Source: Candidatus Sigynarchaeum calidifontis (GTDB lineage: Archaea > Asgardarchaeota > Lokiarchaeia > Sigyniarchaeales > Sigyniarchaeaceae). From it: 48,777 nt of DNA. The stretch is from contig JAUQYZ020000065.1 of NCBI GenBank assembly GCA_030587475.2, forward strand, positions 1 through 48,777, in the 5' to 3' direction. How positions within the stretch are numbered: position 1 is the stretch's first letter; each line of letters begins with the position of its first letter. Of the stretch, positions 18,489-28,384 are shown one piece after another. The notes beneath the pieces were generated by a model. The model worked only from the letters and a program-made list of their open reading frames with translations, did not search any database and was not told the origin of the DNA. A program made the position numbers and the translations under genes.

Positions 18489-18988
18489 AACACTTATCAC
18501 ATTTTATTGTATTTCTTGTTTCTTTGCTAGCGCCAATTTCACGAGATGCCCAAGATCGTCGAAAAAATGCGAACAGTGGTTATCACGCTTTTAAAAGCAC
18601 TAACAAGGTGAAATACGAAGCCCCCTTAAAAAAGCAATCCAAATATGGACGAAAACAGATCGTTGGGGCTATTGTGAAAGGTTGGGAATAACCGGTATCA
18701 TGGAATATTACTGCCCACCCACGAATGGACACGCTCTACATCCCTTGATGTCGATGTAAAAATGCCGTGGCATTGCCACGATAACGTGTTGCGTTTAAAC
18801 ACATGTTTAAATCGTGGGAGGTTTATAGTCCATCAGTTTATGCGATTGCTCGTTAGCTCATGTGCTGTTTTAAAATGAGGGAGAGCAAGACATCGACAAA
18901 CCATGAATCCATCATGGCGAATTTAAGAAAAGCTAATGAATTGCTACGCGAAATAGTTTGCTTGATTTGATAAAATGGAGGGAACAAA

Positions 18989-19564
18989 ATGTCGGTCGCA
19001 CCAGACTATATTTGGAAAATCGTGATAGGAGGTGCGGGTGGTGTTGGTAAAACATCCTTGCTGCACCGGTACATTCACCGTGAGTTCAAGGAAGATATGA
19101 AAATGACGATCGGCTGCCAGTTCCACACCCAGACGCTCGACAGACAGAACAAGCACATCTCGATGGTGATGTGGGATCTGGGCGGCCAGGAGCGATTCCG
19201 GTTCATCCAACCTGAATACGTGCGGGGCGCGGCCGGCGCCATCGTGCTGTTCGACTTGTCCGACCATCGAACGTTCGAGAACGTGACCGAGGAATGGATC
19301 CCCATAATCCGTAACAACGCAAGCCCGAGCATTCCGATCCTGCTCGTGGGCTCCAAGATGGATCTCGTGAGAGAGGATGTCTACCAGGTTATGCAAGTGG
19401 AGGCTCAACGTCTCGTGGAGCAATATAACTTGTCTGGTTTCACGACCGTGTCATCAAAATGGAACGTGAACGTCGACGAGACGATCCTCTACATGGTTGA
19501 CTTCTTGATCTGGCAGTCTTCACAAAATGAAAAGGCAACTAGCGGTTCCGAGTTTGTCATGTGA
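18989..19564 (+). CDS. Rab-like (Ras superfamily) small GTPase
   Basis: G1 GAGGVGKT, G2 TIG, G3 WDLGGQERF, YVRGAAGA, G4 GSKMD and G5 VSSK. GGAGG RBS upstream. No C-terminal Cys. Confidence 0.93.
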   Translation: MSVAPDYIWKIVIGGAGGVGKTSLLHRYIHREFKEDMKMTIGCQFHTQTLDRQNKHISMVMWDLGGQERFRFIQPEYVRGAAGAIVLFDLSDHRTFENVTEEWIPIIRNNASPSIPILLVGSKMDLVREDVYQVMQVEAQRLVEQYNLSGFTTVSSKWNVNVDETILYMVDFLIWQSSQNEKATSGSEFVM

Positions 19565-19680
19565 GCAATCAGCTGAAGGCTTATCCAAACATCTTCTTAC
19601 ATTGGCTTCTGTTCTACCTTTTTGTACTCGTGAGCCTTAGACCGTAACGGGACAAAATTGTCGCGCCCGGATGGACGCTC

Positions 19681-20520
19681 GTGAATGTCGATCTCGAACT
19701 CTACATGAATATTAACGATTGGGATGAGCGTTTGCGGATTGAACTGCCCGCTATCGAGCGCGCGATCGAGCTCCAACGCGGCAAGGGCGTATTGCGCGTT
19801 CTCGACGTGGGATGTGGCCCGGGCATCCATCTTCACGCGCTCGCGAGCAAGTACCCGCGGCATCAATTCGTTGGCATCGACCTTGACGCGACACGCGTGG
19901 AACATGCCCGTGCCGCCGCAGCCAAGGATGGACTCTCGATCGACTACGTGGTAGGCGATTTTATGGAGTACGCGCCCTTGCCTCTCGCGTCCTATGACGT
20001 GATATATTCCATCGGTAACTCGCTCGCGCTGATCTGGGGGTGTGGAAACGTCGGAGCCGTAATCGAGAAAGTATCGGGATTACTTGAGCCGGGGGGGTAT
20101 TTTTTATTCCAGATCCAGAACAACGACAACCCAAAATCCGGTTACACGGTCTCGAAGATATTTAAGCTGGATGACGGGACCGAGTACTTCACTGCGAAGC
20201 GCTACGAACCCGACCGGGAAAAGCGAATGATGCATGCAGAGCTCGTTAAATTCATTCGCCGGCCTGGGGCGGCGCGGTACGAGACTGCCGTCGAGCCGTT
20301 CTACTGGCAATTGATCCCTTGGGCCGAGATCGCAGCATTAATGACCAGCTATGGCTTCATAAGCGTCGATGCGCGGGGGGATTATGCCAGCACGCCGTTC
20401 AGCCCCTCATCCAGTGCTGACCTTGTCGTACTTGCTAAAAAGGCCCTCGGTGCGTCGGTGCTGTGTGATGGAAAGGGAATGCGCGTGCCAGGCAGCTGGC
20501 ACGAGAAGAAAGGAATTTAA
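19681..20520 (+). CDS. Class I SAM-dependent methyltransferase
   Basis: VLDVGCGPG, GIDLD, YDVIYSIGNSL and LLEPGG motifs. Confidence 0.9.
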   Translation: MNVDLELYMNINDWDERLRIELPAIERAIELQRGKGVLRVLDVGCGPGIHLHALASKYPRHQFVGIDLDATRVEHARAAAAKDGLSIDYVVGDFMEYAPLPLASYDVIYSIGNSLALIWGCGNVGAVIEKVSGLLEPGGYFLFQIQNNDNPKSGYTVSKIFKLDDGTEYFTAKRYEPDREKRMMHAELVKFIRRPGAARYETAVEPFYWQLIPWAEIAALMTSYGFISVDARGDYASTPFSPSSSADLVVLAKKALGASVLCDGKGMRVPGSWHEKKGI

Positions 20521-20528
20521 AATCGCGA

Positions 20529-21164
20529 TCAGCTCAAGTCGGGATTTGGCAAGAATGCGATCTTGGTTTGCGGTTTTTCAACGTAATGGAGCCATGCCCC
20601 TGAGAGTTCCGCCCCTTCAGCGTCTTCTTTCATGAACACGGCGATGTGCACCCAGTATTTCTCTTCCGTTGCAGCTTTGCTGGCTTTGGACGATTTCTTT
20701 TCTGACGCTTTCGGTTTCGAAACCCGTTCCTCTTCATCCTCACCCGCATCGCATTCTGGCGCACCAACCTCGACCTCCAAAATGGGCTCGCCGGGGATCT
20801 TCACCTTTGCGTTCTCGGACCGCGTGAAGTCATAAACGAGTACATCGTAGAGATCATTGTCGAGATCCTCATCATCCTCGGTTTCATCATTCTTCGAGAT
20901 TTTTTTACTTGATTCCTCCTTGTTAGTCCCATTATTGCCCTTTTCATCATCTTCGTCGACGGGAATGAATTGAAACAATCGCATGCCGATGACTTGATCG
21001 GAATCCATACCCACGATAAGATCCATCTCGATGTTATCTGTTTCCACCACTGCAGGCATTATGCCAATCTTTTCCTTGAATTTTTTCTCGTAATAATCGA
21101 GCACGCGGGATAAATCCTCTTGCTCGTCGATCAAGCCTTCATTTTCATCGTCTTCGTCGACCAT
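20529..21164 (-). CDS. Highly acidic hypothetical protein
   Basis: ORF from MVDEDDENE with D/E-rich loops between hydrophobic beta-like segments. Confidence 0.7.
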   Translation of the reverse strand: MVDEDDENEGLIDEQEDLSRVLDYYEKKFKEKIGIMPAVVETDNIEMDLIVGMDSDQVIGMRLFQFIPVDEDDEKGNNGTNKEESSKKISKNDETEDDEDLDNDLYDVLVYDFTRSENAKVKIPGEPILEVEVGAPECDAGEDEEERVSKPKASEKKSSKASKAATEEKYWVHIAVFMKEDAEGAELSGAWLHYVEKPQTKIAFLPNPDLS

Positions 21165-21652
21165 GATGTAGCCACGTAACGCGGATAGCGAATCGTGCGT
21201 CATCGATCTCTCGACTAGCGCGTTAAAAAAGATGTACACGACGCGCGCTACGGGGGGCGGGCGAGGTCAATGCTCCCGATCGAGATTAATACTCGTGCAT
21301 TAATCATCATCAAGGCGTTCTTAAGATATTATTCTCATATTCGAGATTAAAATCGTTTTTAATCACCTTGACGACCATCCATGGCGTGTACATGGCGGAT
21401 ATAGTCCTTATCCAGTCATATCCAACCTTTTGTCGCTCGTGATTGATGCGAATCGCGATCTTGCGACGACACGTAATAACCACGTTTAAAAGCACATGCG
21501 CGGATAACATTTACTTGTACTGCACGCGACGTTCGATCGACCACGCATACACGCGAAGTGATGCGTGCGTGGGGGCTCCGATGCATTATCGCGCCGACCA
21601 TGCCGATCAAACCGCGTGTCCATGGCGATTACAGGAAAGGAGATAGATAAGA

Positions 21653-22192
21653 GTGGGATTCAAAGACAAATTGAAGGATTTTACGGAGAGCATAGCCGGT
21701 GCATTCACGAAGGGCTCGAAACTTCCCGAGGAACTCGAGCTAGAAAAAGCCGAGAAGGCCAAGAAAGACGCCGATCAACAAGTGTTGAAAGCAGCGGACG
21801 AAAAGAAAAGGCATGAAGAAAACGTAAAAAAGGCCAAACAAATGCTTGAAAGCGAAGAGGCCGCTGTCAAAAGATGTATCGAGGAAGAAATTGCTGCGAA
21901 GAAGAAAGCCGATGAAGCCGGAGCCGCTTTGAAGAAGGCTGAAGCTGCAGCAAAAACGGCTAGGGAGAAGGCCGAGGAGGCCAAGAAGGCCGAAGAAGCC
22001 AAGAAGGCCGAGGAGGCCAAGAAAGCCGATCAGGCAAAGTCAGTCGCAGCGGAAAAACCAGCAGCAGCCAAACCGGCAAAAACAGCAGCAAAGCCCGCCA
22101 AGAAGCCGGCAGATAAGCCGGCGGCCGAGCCCAAGCCATCTGCAGCAGAGAAGCCGGCTGCAAAGAAACCAGCTGGCAAGAAGAAGAAATAA
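21653..22192 (+). CDS. Lys/Ala/Glu coiled-coil protein with a KPAA-repeat (H1/AlgP-like) basic tail
   Basis: GTG start after AAGGAG, EEAKKA repeats, C-terminal KPAA-type repeats, and a T-run after the stop. Confidence 0.8.
   Translation: MGFKDKLKDFTESIAGAFTKGSKLPEELELEKAEKAKKDADQQVLKAADEKKRHEENVKKAKQMLESEEAAVKRCIEEEIAAKKKADEAGAALKKAEAAAKTAREKAEEAKKAEEAKKAEEAKKADQAKSVAAEKPAAAKPAKTAAKPAKKPADKPAAEPKPSAAEKPAAKKPAGKKKK
21971..22024 (+). repeat. Three copies of an 18-bp coding tandem repeat (AEEAKK)
   Basis: gccgaggaggccaagaag / gccgaagaagccaagaag / gccgaggaggccaagaaa. Confidence 0.85.
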
Positions 22193-22196
22193 ATTG

Positions 22197-22217
22197 CTTT
22201 TATCTCACTTTTTTTTT
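22197..22217 (+). terminator. Oligo-T terminator
   Basis: T-runs (CTTTTATCTCAC followed by about 10 T) directly after TAA at 22192. Confidence 0.5.
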
Positions 22218-22264
22218 AGAAACAAGAATTATGCAACATTTTCACGAGTAAAAATCGTGGAGGA

Positions 22265-22741
22265 TTATTTTACGACGATTTTCTTCCTGAGCTCTTCAAG
22301 TTGCTTCTTGACCTTCTTGATCTGCTGCATGAGGTCAAATGCCTCGTTGTAGCTATTCTCCGTGCGCGCGAGTTGAGAATGTTTTTCTTCCAGCGACTTG
22401 AGAAGTGTTTCGAGGAATAATGTATCGGCATGTTCGCAAACAAGACCAGCGTGGTCGATCCGCTCCACACCCCTGCAACGAAGGTTACTATCAACGAAGA
22501 TGAGCAGTTGGTGGCTGCAAGGTGGCATCAAAAGGATCCGGGCGAGTCCATCTTCGATGCCGTCGAGCATCGTGGAACTAAATTGAACCTTATAGCCAGC
22601 ATGGCACACAGGGCATGAAATGTAAGCATAATGTGATGTTTCCTTCCCGTCATCAAGCCGCTTTCGTGCAGCGTGTCTCAAAGCAGGGCTGCCATGGCAT
22701 GGTTTCGCGATGCTAACCTTTTCCTCTACCTCATTTGCCAT
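22265..22741 (-). CDS. Zinc-ribbon (CPVC...CxH) plus C-terminal helical-hairpin protein, paralog 1
   Basis: CPVC, PPCSH, FVDSNLRCRGVERID and a coiled-coil ending YNEAFDLMQQIK. It is collinear with 22987..23481. Confidence 0.8.
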   Translation of the reverse strand: MANEVEEKVSIAKPCHGSPALRHAARKRLDDGKETSHYAYISCPVCHAGYKVQFSSTMLDGIEDGLARILLMPPCSHQLLIFVDSNLRCRGVERIDHAGLVCEHADTLFLETLLKSLEEKHSQLARTENSYNEAFDLMQQIKKVKKQLEELRKKIVVK

Positions 22742-22986
22742 TACAATGCCTCTGCCAGAGAATTTTGTAAAGCACTTGCTATGCGATGGATAAATGGCAC
22801 GAAACTTGGACGGGGCACTTGCCAAGATCGCGGACTATCTTTGTAAGATAAGTCCGTGTCATTGACACATAATTTATTTCCGTTCGCTTCTATATATACT
22901 TATGCTCCTTATTGCGATCGACCCGACTTAAACGCCGTAATAGATATTCCAAGAAAATATCGGAGAAAGATTTCAAAAACAGGTGA

Positions 22987-23481
22987 TTACTTCACGACGA
23001 TCTTGGTCTTGAGCATTTCGAGCTCCTTTTTCGCGTTCTTGATTTGCTGCAATAGCTCGAACGCCTCGTTATAAGAATTTTCGATTTTTGCCAGCGCTTT
23101 GTGTTTCTCTTCCAAATCCTTGATAAGGTTCTCCAGGAACACTGTATCGGCGTGCTCGCACGTGAGACCCTCGTGATCGACGCGCTCGATGCCACGTGCC
23201 CTCAAGTTACCATCCACGAAAATGACGAACTTGTGTCCACAAGGTGGGGTCAAGAGAACGCGAGCGATCCCGTCCTCCACGCCTTCGATTATATCCGTCT
23301 TGAAATGGCATTTATATCCAGCATGGCACACGGGACAAGAAACATACACGGGACGGGACGAGACCTCACCTTGATTTTGCTTCTTGTAAAAAGTGGGCTT
23401 TGCATAGCCCCGAGAAATGCTACTTGTGGTTTTGATGGAAACCGATTCCAGCCTCTCTTTGTCCTCGTGTTCCATGGCCAT
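22987..23481 (-). CDS. Zinc-ribbon (CPVC...CxH) plus C-terminal helical-hairpin protein, paralog 2
   Basis: CPVC, PPCGH and FVDGNLRARGIERVD. Gapless alignment with paralog 1. Confidence 0.8.
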   Translation of the reverse strand: MAMEHEDKERLESVSIKTTSSISRGYAKPTFYKKQNQGEVSSRPVYVSCPVCHAGYKCHFKTDIIEGVEDGIARVLLTPPCGHKFVIFVDGNLRARGIERVDHEGLTCEHADTVFLENLIKDLEEKHKALAKIENSYNEAFELLQQIKNAKKELEMLKTKIVVK

Positions 23482-23700
23482 CCATGCTCTGGGTTTGCGT
23501 GGTTTCCTCTGGCGATCCCCGCTTCCAACGAAGCCAGGAAGCAGGTTATTGCATACTTTAAGTCCTAACCAAAGTTAGAACCCACGATTGGCACGTTTTT
23601 CCCAAATAAGATTGTGTGGCACGGCCATATAAATTCATATCATCTAAAAATGGTCAGATCGATCCTGAAAAAACTCATACATCGACGGTCGATTGGCAAT

Positions 23701-25029
23701 TCATTTCGGAATCTGGAAATCATCCTTTGTTTGACTAATCCACGCTTGAAGGAGTGACCTATGTTCGTGTAACTGTTCTACATAGCTGGAATCGACTGCT
23801 AAGTTTACCATCTCTCCAGGATCTGCGAGAATATCGATCAAGGCTTCCCGGATATGACCCCGAGAATAGGCCACGTACTTGAAGCAGGGCGTGCGGACCA
23901 TCCGGCCGTAAGCACGATCCGCGTGCGACCAGTTCTTTGTCACGAACCCACCGAATTCGCTCTCGGAAACAACATGTTGATTTCGTGTGGCAAGGTCGTG
24001 CCCGTATAACACCCCCGCGATCGACCGTCCTGGAAGATGTTTTACCGATCCGGGCAACGTGATCCCCGCGAGCTCGGCGAGCGTCGGGATCATGTCTACA
24101 CCATTGTTGATCAGGATCTCATCGTCGATCTGGCCCTTGTGCCGAGCGTCCGGTGCCGAGATGATGAAGGGAACCTTTCCGACCGACTCGTAAAAGACTT
24201 GTTTCTGGTTCCACCCGTGCTCGGCCATTCCCTCGCCGTGGTCGCTCGTGAACATGACGGCGGTGTCCTGGTCGTGGCCGCTTGCTTTCAGCGCATCCAA
24301 GATGCTGCCGACGATACCGTCGACGTGCTCTACGAGGCGGTAATAACCCCACAGATATTGACGCCAGTCGGTTTCGGTCCAGTTCTTTGTCGGGTAGCGC
24401 TTCCACGACGCTTTGTAAGCCTCTCGGATCGCGCTAGGCTCATCGCTGGGCACGGCGAAATTAGGCGGGAGCGGAGGACACTGTTCGGGGGGCGGTGGCG
24501 TGCCGATGTCAGCCTCCGGCAATGCTTCCTTGCGGGCGAGCTGGCATACATTGTGCGGGTTCAAAATAGATGCCACTACCAGAAATGGTTTCGTGTGTTT
24601 TTGCCCAAATACCCGGGAGCACAATTCAGCAACACGTTCGTCCTTGGTTCGCCCCGTGGTGATCTCCAGGTCGCGGAACCCGTGAATCCATTTCTGCCAA
24701 GGCGGAATCAAGAGATGCCATTTCCCGAAATAGTGAGTCTCGTACCCGGCGCCAGCAAAGATCCGCCCCAGCCATGGCATACGTCTTAACTCGGGGGTCG
24801 GGTGGCGCGCGTTGAGAAAAATGCCCGATTCGTGCGGATAATGCCCCGTGAACATGCCAACCCGCGACGGCACGCACACGGGGTTGCAGCAATAGGCATT
24901 TTGGAACATGATGCCACTCTTGGCCAGCGAATCCAATGCGGGTGTCCGCAAGTGCGGGTTCCCCGCGCAACCGAGTGCCTTGCCCGATTGCTGGTCGGTA
25001 ATAATAAGGAGGACATTCTTATAGTCCAT
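23701..25029 (-). CDS. Formylglycine-dependent (S1) sulfatase
   Basis: NVLLIITDQ, CVPSR (CxPxR), GKWH and FTSDHG. No signal peptide. Confidence 0.93.
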   Translation of the reverse strand: MDYKNVLLIITDQQSGKALGCAGNPHLRTPALDSLAKSGIMFQNAYCCNPVCVPSRVGMFTGHYPHESGIFLNARHPTPELRRMPWLGRIFAGAGYETHYFGKWHLLIPPWQKWIHGFRDLEITTGRTKDERVAELCSRVFGQKHTKPFLVVASILNPHNVCQLARKEALPEADIGTPPPPEQCPPLPPNFAVPSDEPSAIREAYKASWKRYPTKNWTETDWRQYLWGYYRLVEHVDGIVGSILDALKASGHDQDTAVMFTSDHGEGMAEHGWNQKQVFYESVGKVPFIISAPDARHKGQIDDEILINNGVDMIPTLAELAGITLPGSVKHLPGRSIAGVLYGHDLATRNQHVVSESEFGGFVTKNWSHADRAYGRMVRTPCFKYVAYSRGHIREALIDILADPGEMVNLAVDSSYVEQLHEHRSLLQAWISQTKDDFQIPK

Positions 25030-25136
25030 GATAAAGCCATAGCTGCATAATTTTTAAGCAAATTTGGTGGAGCGCTTAATATCGATATGACCATCTGATG
25101 TAACATTAAGAATCAACCATTGGATTCCCGACCATC

Positions 25137-25463
25137 ATGCCCGCACTTGGAAGGTCATTAGAAAAGGAACGAAAAGCGATGCTCAAGGAAGCAGAGAAGC
25201 TAGAGAAGCAACTCGACACCTTGGAGAAGCAAATCGCCCGTGAATCGCCTCCGAAAGATGAAATCGAGGCAAACATCGACGGATTGTATTATGAACTGCT
25301 CCGCATCAAAAGACTTCATGTGTATCGTATCAAGGACTTCGCCACCGAAACGGGCACAGCAAGCATCGACGCGTATAACAGGGATTGCGCGTGGTACAAC
25401 CGCAAGACCGAGGCCATCTTGCAACAAATCGAAGCCCTGGAGAAGCGCCATCGCAGTAATTGA
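25137..25463 (+). CDS. Small helical/coiled-coil hypothetical protein
   Basis: 108-aa ORF with heptad character, co-oriented with and just upstream of the PHP gene. Confidence 0.65.
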   Translation: MPALGRSLEKERKAMLKEAEKLEKQLDTLEKQIARESPPKDEIEANIDGLYYELLRIKRLHVYRIKDFATETGTASIDAYNRDCAWYNRKTEAILQQIEALEKRHRSN

Positions 25464-25508
25464 ATGAAAACATCGATCTTCAAGTAGAAGGCTAGCGTGT
25501 TTTTTACC

Positions 25509-26450
25509 ATGATAGCAAACCTCCACATCCACAGCTTGTTCTCTGACGGTACTCAATGGCCTGAAGAGATCGCCGTCCGAGCCAAGCGAGCAGGCTATCA
25601 AATGATTGCACTCACGGACCACGACTCGTTGCAAGGGACCGCGGATTTCTCCCGCGCGTGCGCATCTCATGGAATCAAGGGCATCCCTGGGGTGGAGATC
25701 GATTGCGTGGCCAGCGCGTTCTCGTTCGACAAGGAAATTCTCGGCTATTTCCCGAAAGGGAAGCACGACAAGATGACCGAGTTCACCGAGCACCTCCGCA
25801 AGAGCAGGATGCAGAAAGTAAAACATTACCTCGATCGTGCCCGCGAGGTCGTTTTCAAGGCGCACCCGCGCGCCCCGGAACTCACATATGCTGAACTCGT
25901 CAAGTTCAAGCTCGGTTTTTCCAACGAGGAAGCTTGTAATTTACCGTTCTCGTGGAACAAGTCCGATTTCTACAAGTTTTTGCTCTCAAAGGGCGTAATC
26001 GACAAGCATTTTGGCCAAAAGGCTGAACCAGGGGAAACCGAGTATCACGCCTTCAAGAAGCAATACTTTACGAGCGACCTCTTGGGCAACCCGGGGCATG
26101 ACGAGAAGCCAGACCTCGATGAAATCGTCTCGATCATCTTGAAAGATGGCGGATTCCCGGTACTACCTCATTATGGCCATCTTTACCACAACGATATCGA
26201 CGAGATCAACAAGAACGAGGATCAGCTTGTCAAATTCCTCCGGCATTGCCAGGATATAGGAGTATGGGGTGTTGAACAGTACTATTATCTCAATAACCCT
26301 TCACATCCGGCCATCAACGATTACATCGTCAAGCTTTGCAAAAAACATAGTTTCCCGTTCAAGTTTACCTTCGGGTCCGACTGCCACGGGCGTGGTCACG
26401 ATAATTGCACGCTGGAACTTTTTTCCGGGAATTTCGAGGGCTTCAAATAA
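25509..26450 (+). CDS. PHP-domain metal-dependent phosphoesterase
   Basis: LHIHSLFSDG, ALTDHD, GVEI, VLPH and FGSDCHG motifs. Confidence 0.9.
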   Translation: MIANLHIHSLFSDGTQWPEEIAVRAKRAGYQMIALTDHDSLQGTADFSRACASHGIKGIPGVEIDCVASAFSFDKEILGYFPKGKHDKMTEFTEHLRKSRMQKVKHYLDRAREVVFKAHPRAPELTYAELVKFKLGFSNEEACNLPFSWNKSDFYKFLLSKGVIDKHFGQKAEPGETEYHAFKKQYFTSDLLGNPGHDEKPDLDEIVSIILKDGGFPVLPHYGHLYHNDIDEINKNEDQLVKFLRHCQDIGVWGVEQYYYLNNPSHPAINDYIVKLCKKHSFPFKFTFGSDCHGRGHDNCTLELFSGNFEGFK

Positions 26451-26488
26451 CCTCTCCCGCATTATCCCTATAACACGGAACCCACGAG

Positions 26489-27688
26489 TCATAATGAAAG
26501 AACGATTTTATTCTGTGCCTTGAGCATGTCATCGATGATGAGCGCAGCAGCTTCCTTGATCTCGACCGCATTTTCGGGAATGCTACGCCGGGCGTTAATG
26601 GTCGCCAGGAGGATCTCGTTAAGTCCTCGGAGAATCATGTCTGGAGAATACCATGGTCGCTTGGATGCCCACCATGTTTGGCAGCTGTGAATTCCTCTAT
26701 CAAGGAAATTGCGTGCATTATCGAAAAATGTCTTTTTTTCTTTGTCCATGCTGGCATAATATTTTTGCGCGAGGTTCACGAGAACGACAGCGAACATCAT
26801 GAAGCGGTATTGCTCGATATGAAGGGGATTGTTTGGATCGAACCAGAGCGGGAAGGGGATATCTCGCTGCAAGTCATAGGACATGGTTGACCAAGACGAG
26901 GCTCGCGGGATCTGTGTTTCGCCTCGGGGATATTTCGCAATAAGCTCGGAAACCGTGCACATCTGGATATCGTTTCGACGGGGCAGCTCGTTGAAAAGCG
27001 GCACGAGAAAATTGCGGAACGCGTGCTTGATGTGGTGGCCGAACGTCTCGCCGTCCATTGCGAGGACTACATAATAATCCTTGCTCGAATCCTGGTATTT
27101 AAGCCGATTAGCGAATGCCTCTACATTGTTGACCTTGTCGAACGCGCAATCGATGGATATCAAGTCATCGCGGAACACGAGGATGAGCCCGTTCGGGTGG
27201 CGGGTGAAGTAGCGGGTCGGCCACGCGACCGTGTTTGCGATGCCACCCATGATCATCCAGTCGAAACCGTGCTGCTTGACGGGGCCATACACGTCCTCGG
27301 AAACGGCCATCTCGGGCGGGAAAAAACCACGCGGACGATACGCCTTGCCGAAGAAATACTTGTTGGTCTCGTTGTTGAGCTCGATTTGCCGGGCAATTTC
27401 CGGCTCGGGTATCAAGGGCAATAGCGGGTGGAACTTTGCACTACCCGTGAACTCGATTTGACCTCTGCTACCCAGATCGGCGAGACCCTTGATCACGTCG
27501 TGGAATCCATAATCGTGTAGCTGTTCGGTGAGCGTGCCGTTTATGTTGAGCGTGATCCTCGCCTCCGGATGCGTGTTCAACGCGTCGATGAGAGGCCGGT
27601 AACACTCGCCGGTGATCTGCTTGAGCACCAGTGGGATCTGCGTCGGTGGCTGGTAAATGTGAAGCAAGAAGGCGAAATGAACGACCAT
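26489..27688 (-). CDS. Glycoside hydrolase family 57
   Basis: HIYQP, HPLLPL, FFPPEMA (nucleophile), AMDGETFGHH (acid/base) and HSCQTWW. Confidence 0.9.
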   Translation of the reverse strand: MVVHFAFLLHIYQPPTQIPLVLKQITGECYRPLIDALNTHPEARITLNINGTLTEQLHDYGFHDVIKGLADLGSRGQIEFTGSAKFHPLLPLIPEPEIARQIELNNETNKYFFGKAYRPRGFFPPEMAVSEDVYGPVKQHGFDWMIMGGIANTVAWPTRYFTRHPNGLILVFRDDLISIDCAFDKVNNVEAFANRLKYQDSSKDYYVVLAMDGETFGHHIKHAFRNFLVPLFNELPRRNDIQMCTVSELIAKYPRGETQIPRASSWSTMSYDLQRDIPFPLWFDPNNPLHIEQYRFMMFAVVLVNLAQKYYASMDKEKKTFFDNARNFLDRGIHSCQTWWASKRPWYSPDMILRGLNEILLATINARRSIPENAVEIKEAAALIIDDMLKAQNKIVLSL

Positions 27689-28384
27689 GGGTTGAATTAG
27701 GCAGCGCAAGGCTATAACTGCATTGCCAGCGTAGAATCGTTGCATGTGTGGCGACGCCAGGCCACGTCATTTGCCAAACATGTATGGTGCGATCAACGAC
27801 TCGGTCTCTCGGTGCATAACCGCGGCGGTAGTATATCTGCCGTGTATAGCGGAATTAGCTTCATGCCCCGCATGATTATCGTCTATGCCTTCGGTCGCGG
27901 AAATCGCACGGGTCTTGGCATGTTTTGGCGACACATTCTCGCCACGGTCACTTCCCGCGCTCACGATGCAGCACGTGGTATGTCTTGTCCCTACGCCCGT
28001 GCCAATAGCCGCATCTCGAAGCAAGTGCCGGGTGAGGCACGATTCGTGGCAATTAATCCGTTCCCCAGCACGACAAAAACCGCCATATTCAGAATCGCCG
28101 CGTTGATGTCTTGCATTAGCAGCGCAGCCGTGAAGTTGTACCATTTATTTACCGTTGGTCACGAAGGGAATCCATCCACGGTTGCTGGCTGAGCATGGGC
28201 TGCATAATACCGGGCTAACAACGCGCGGGCGGGGATAATGAGCGCCGTCGCGAAGGTAGTTAATTAATCGAGGAGAAAACAGCTAGGAGCTAACCATCCA
28301 TGCCGGAGCTAGAAAAAAGTTTAAGAATGAGATGATCAAAAGTAACATAATCGATATACACAAACATGCCAATCAGAAAAGAGA

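Noticed and set aside
21971-22170. Short repeats considered as CRISPR or DNA-level elements
   Set aside because: They are in-frame coding repeats with synonymous variation and no spacers.
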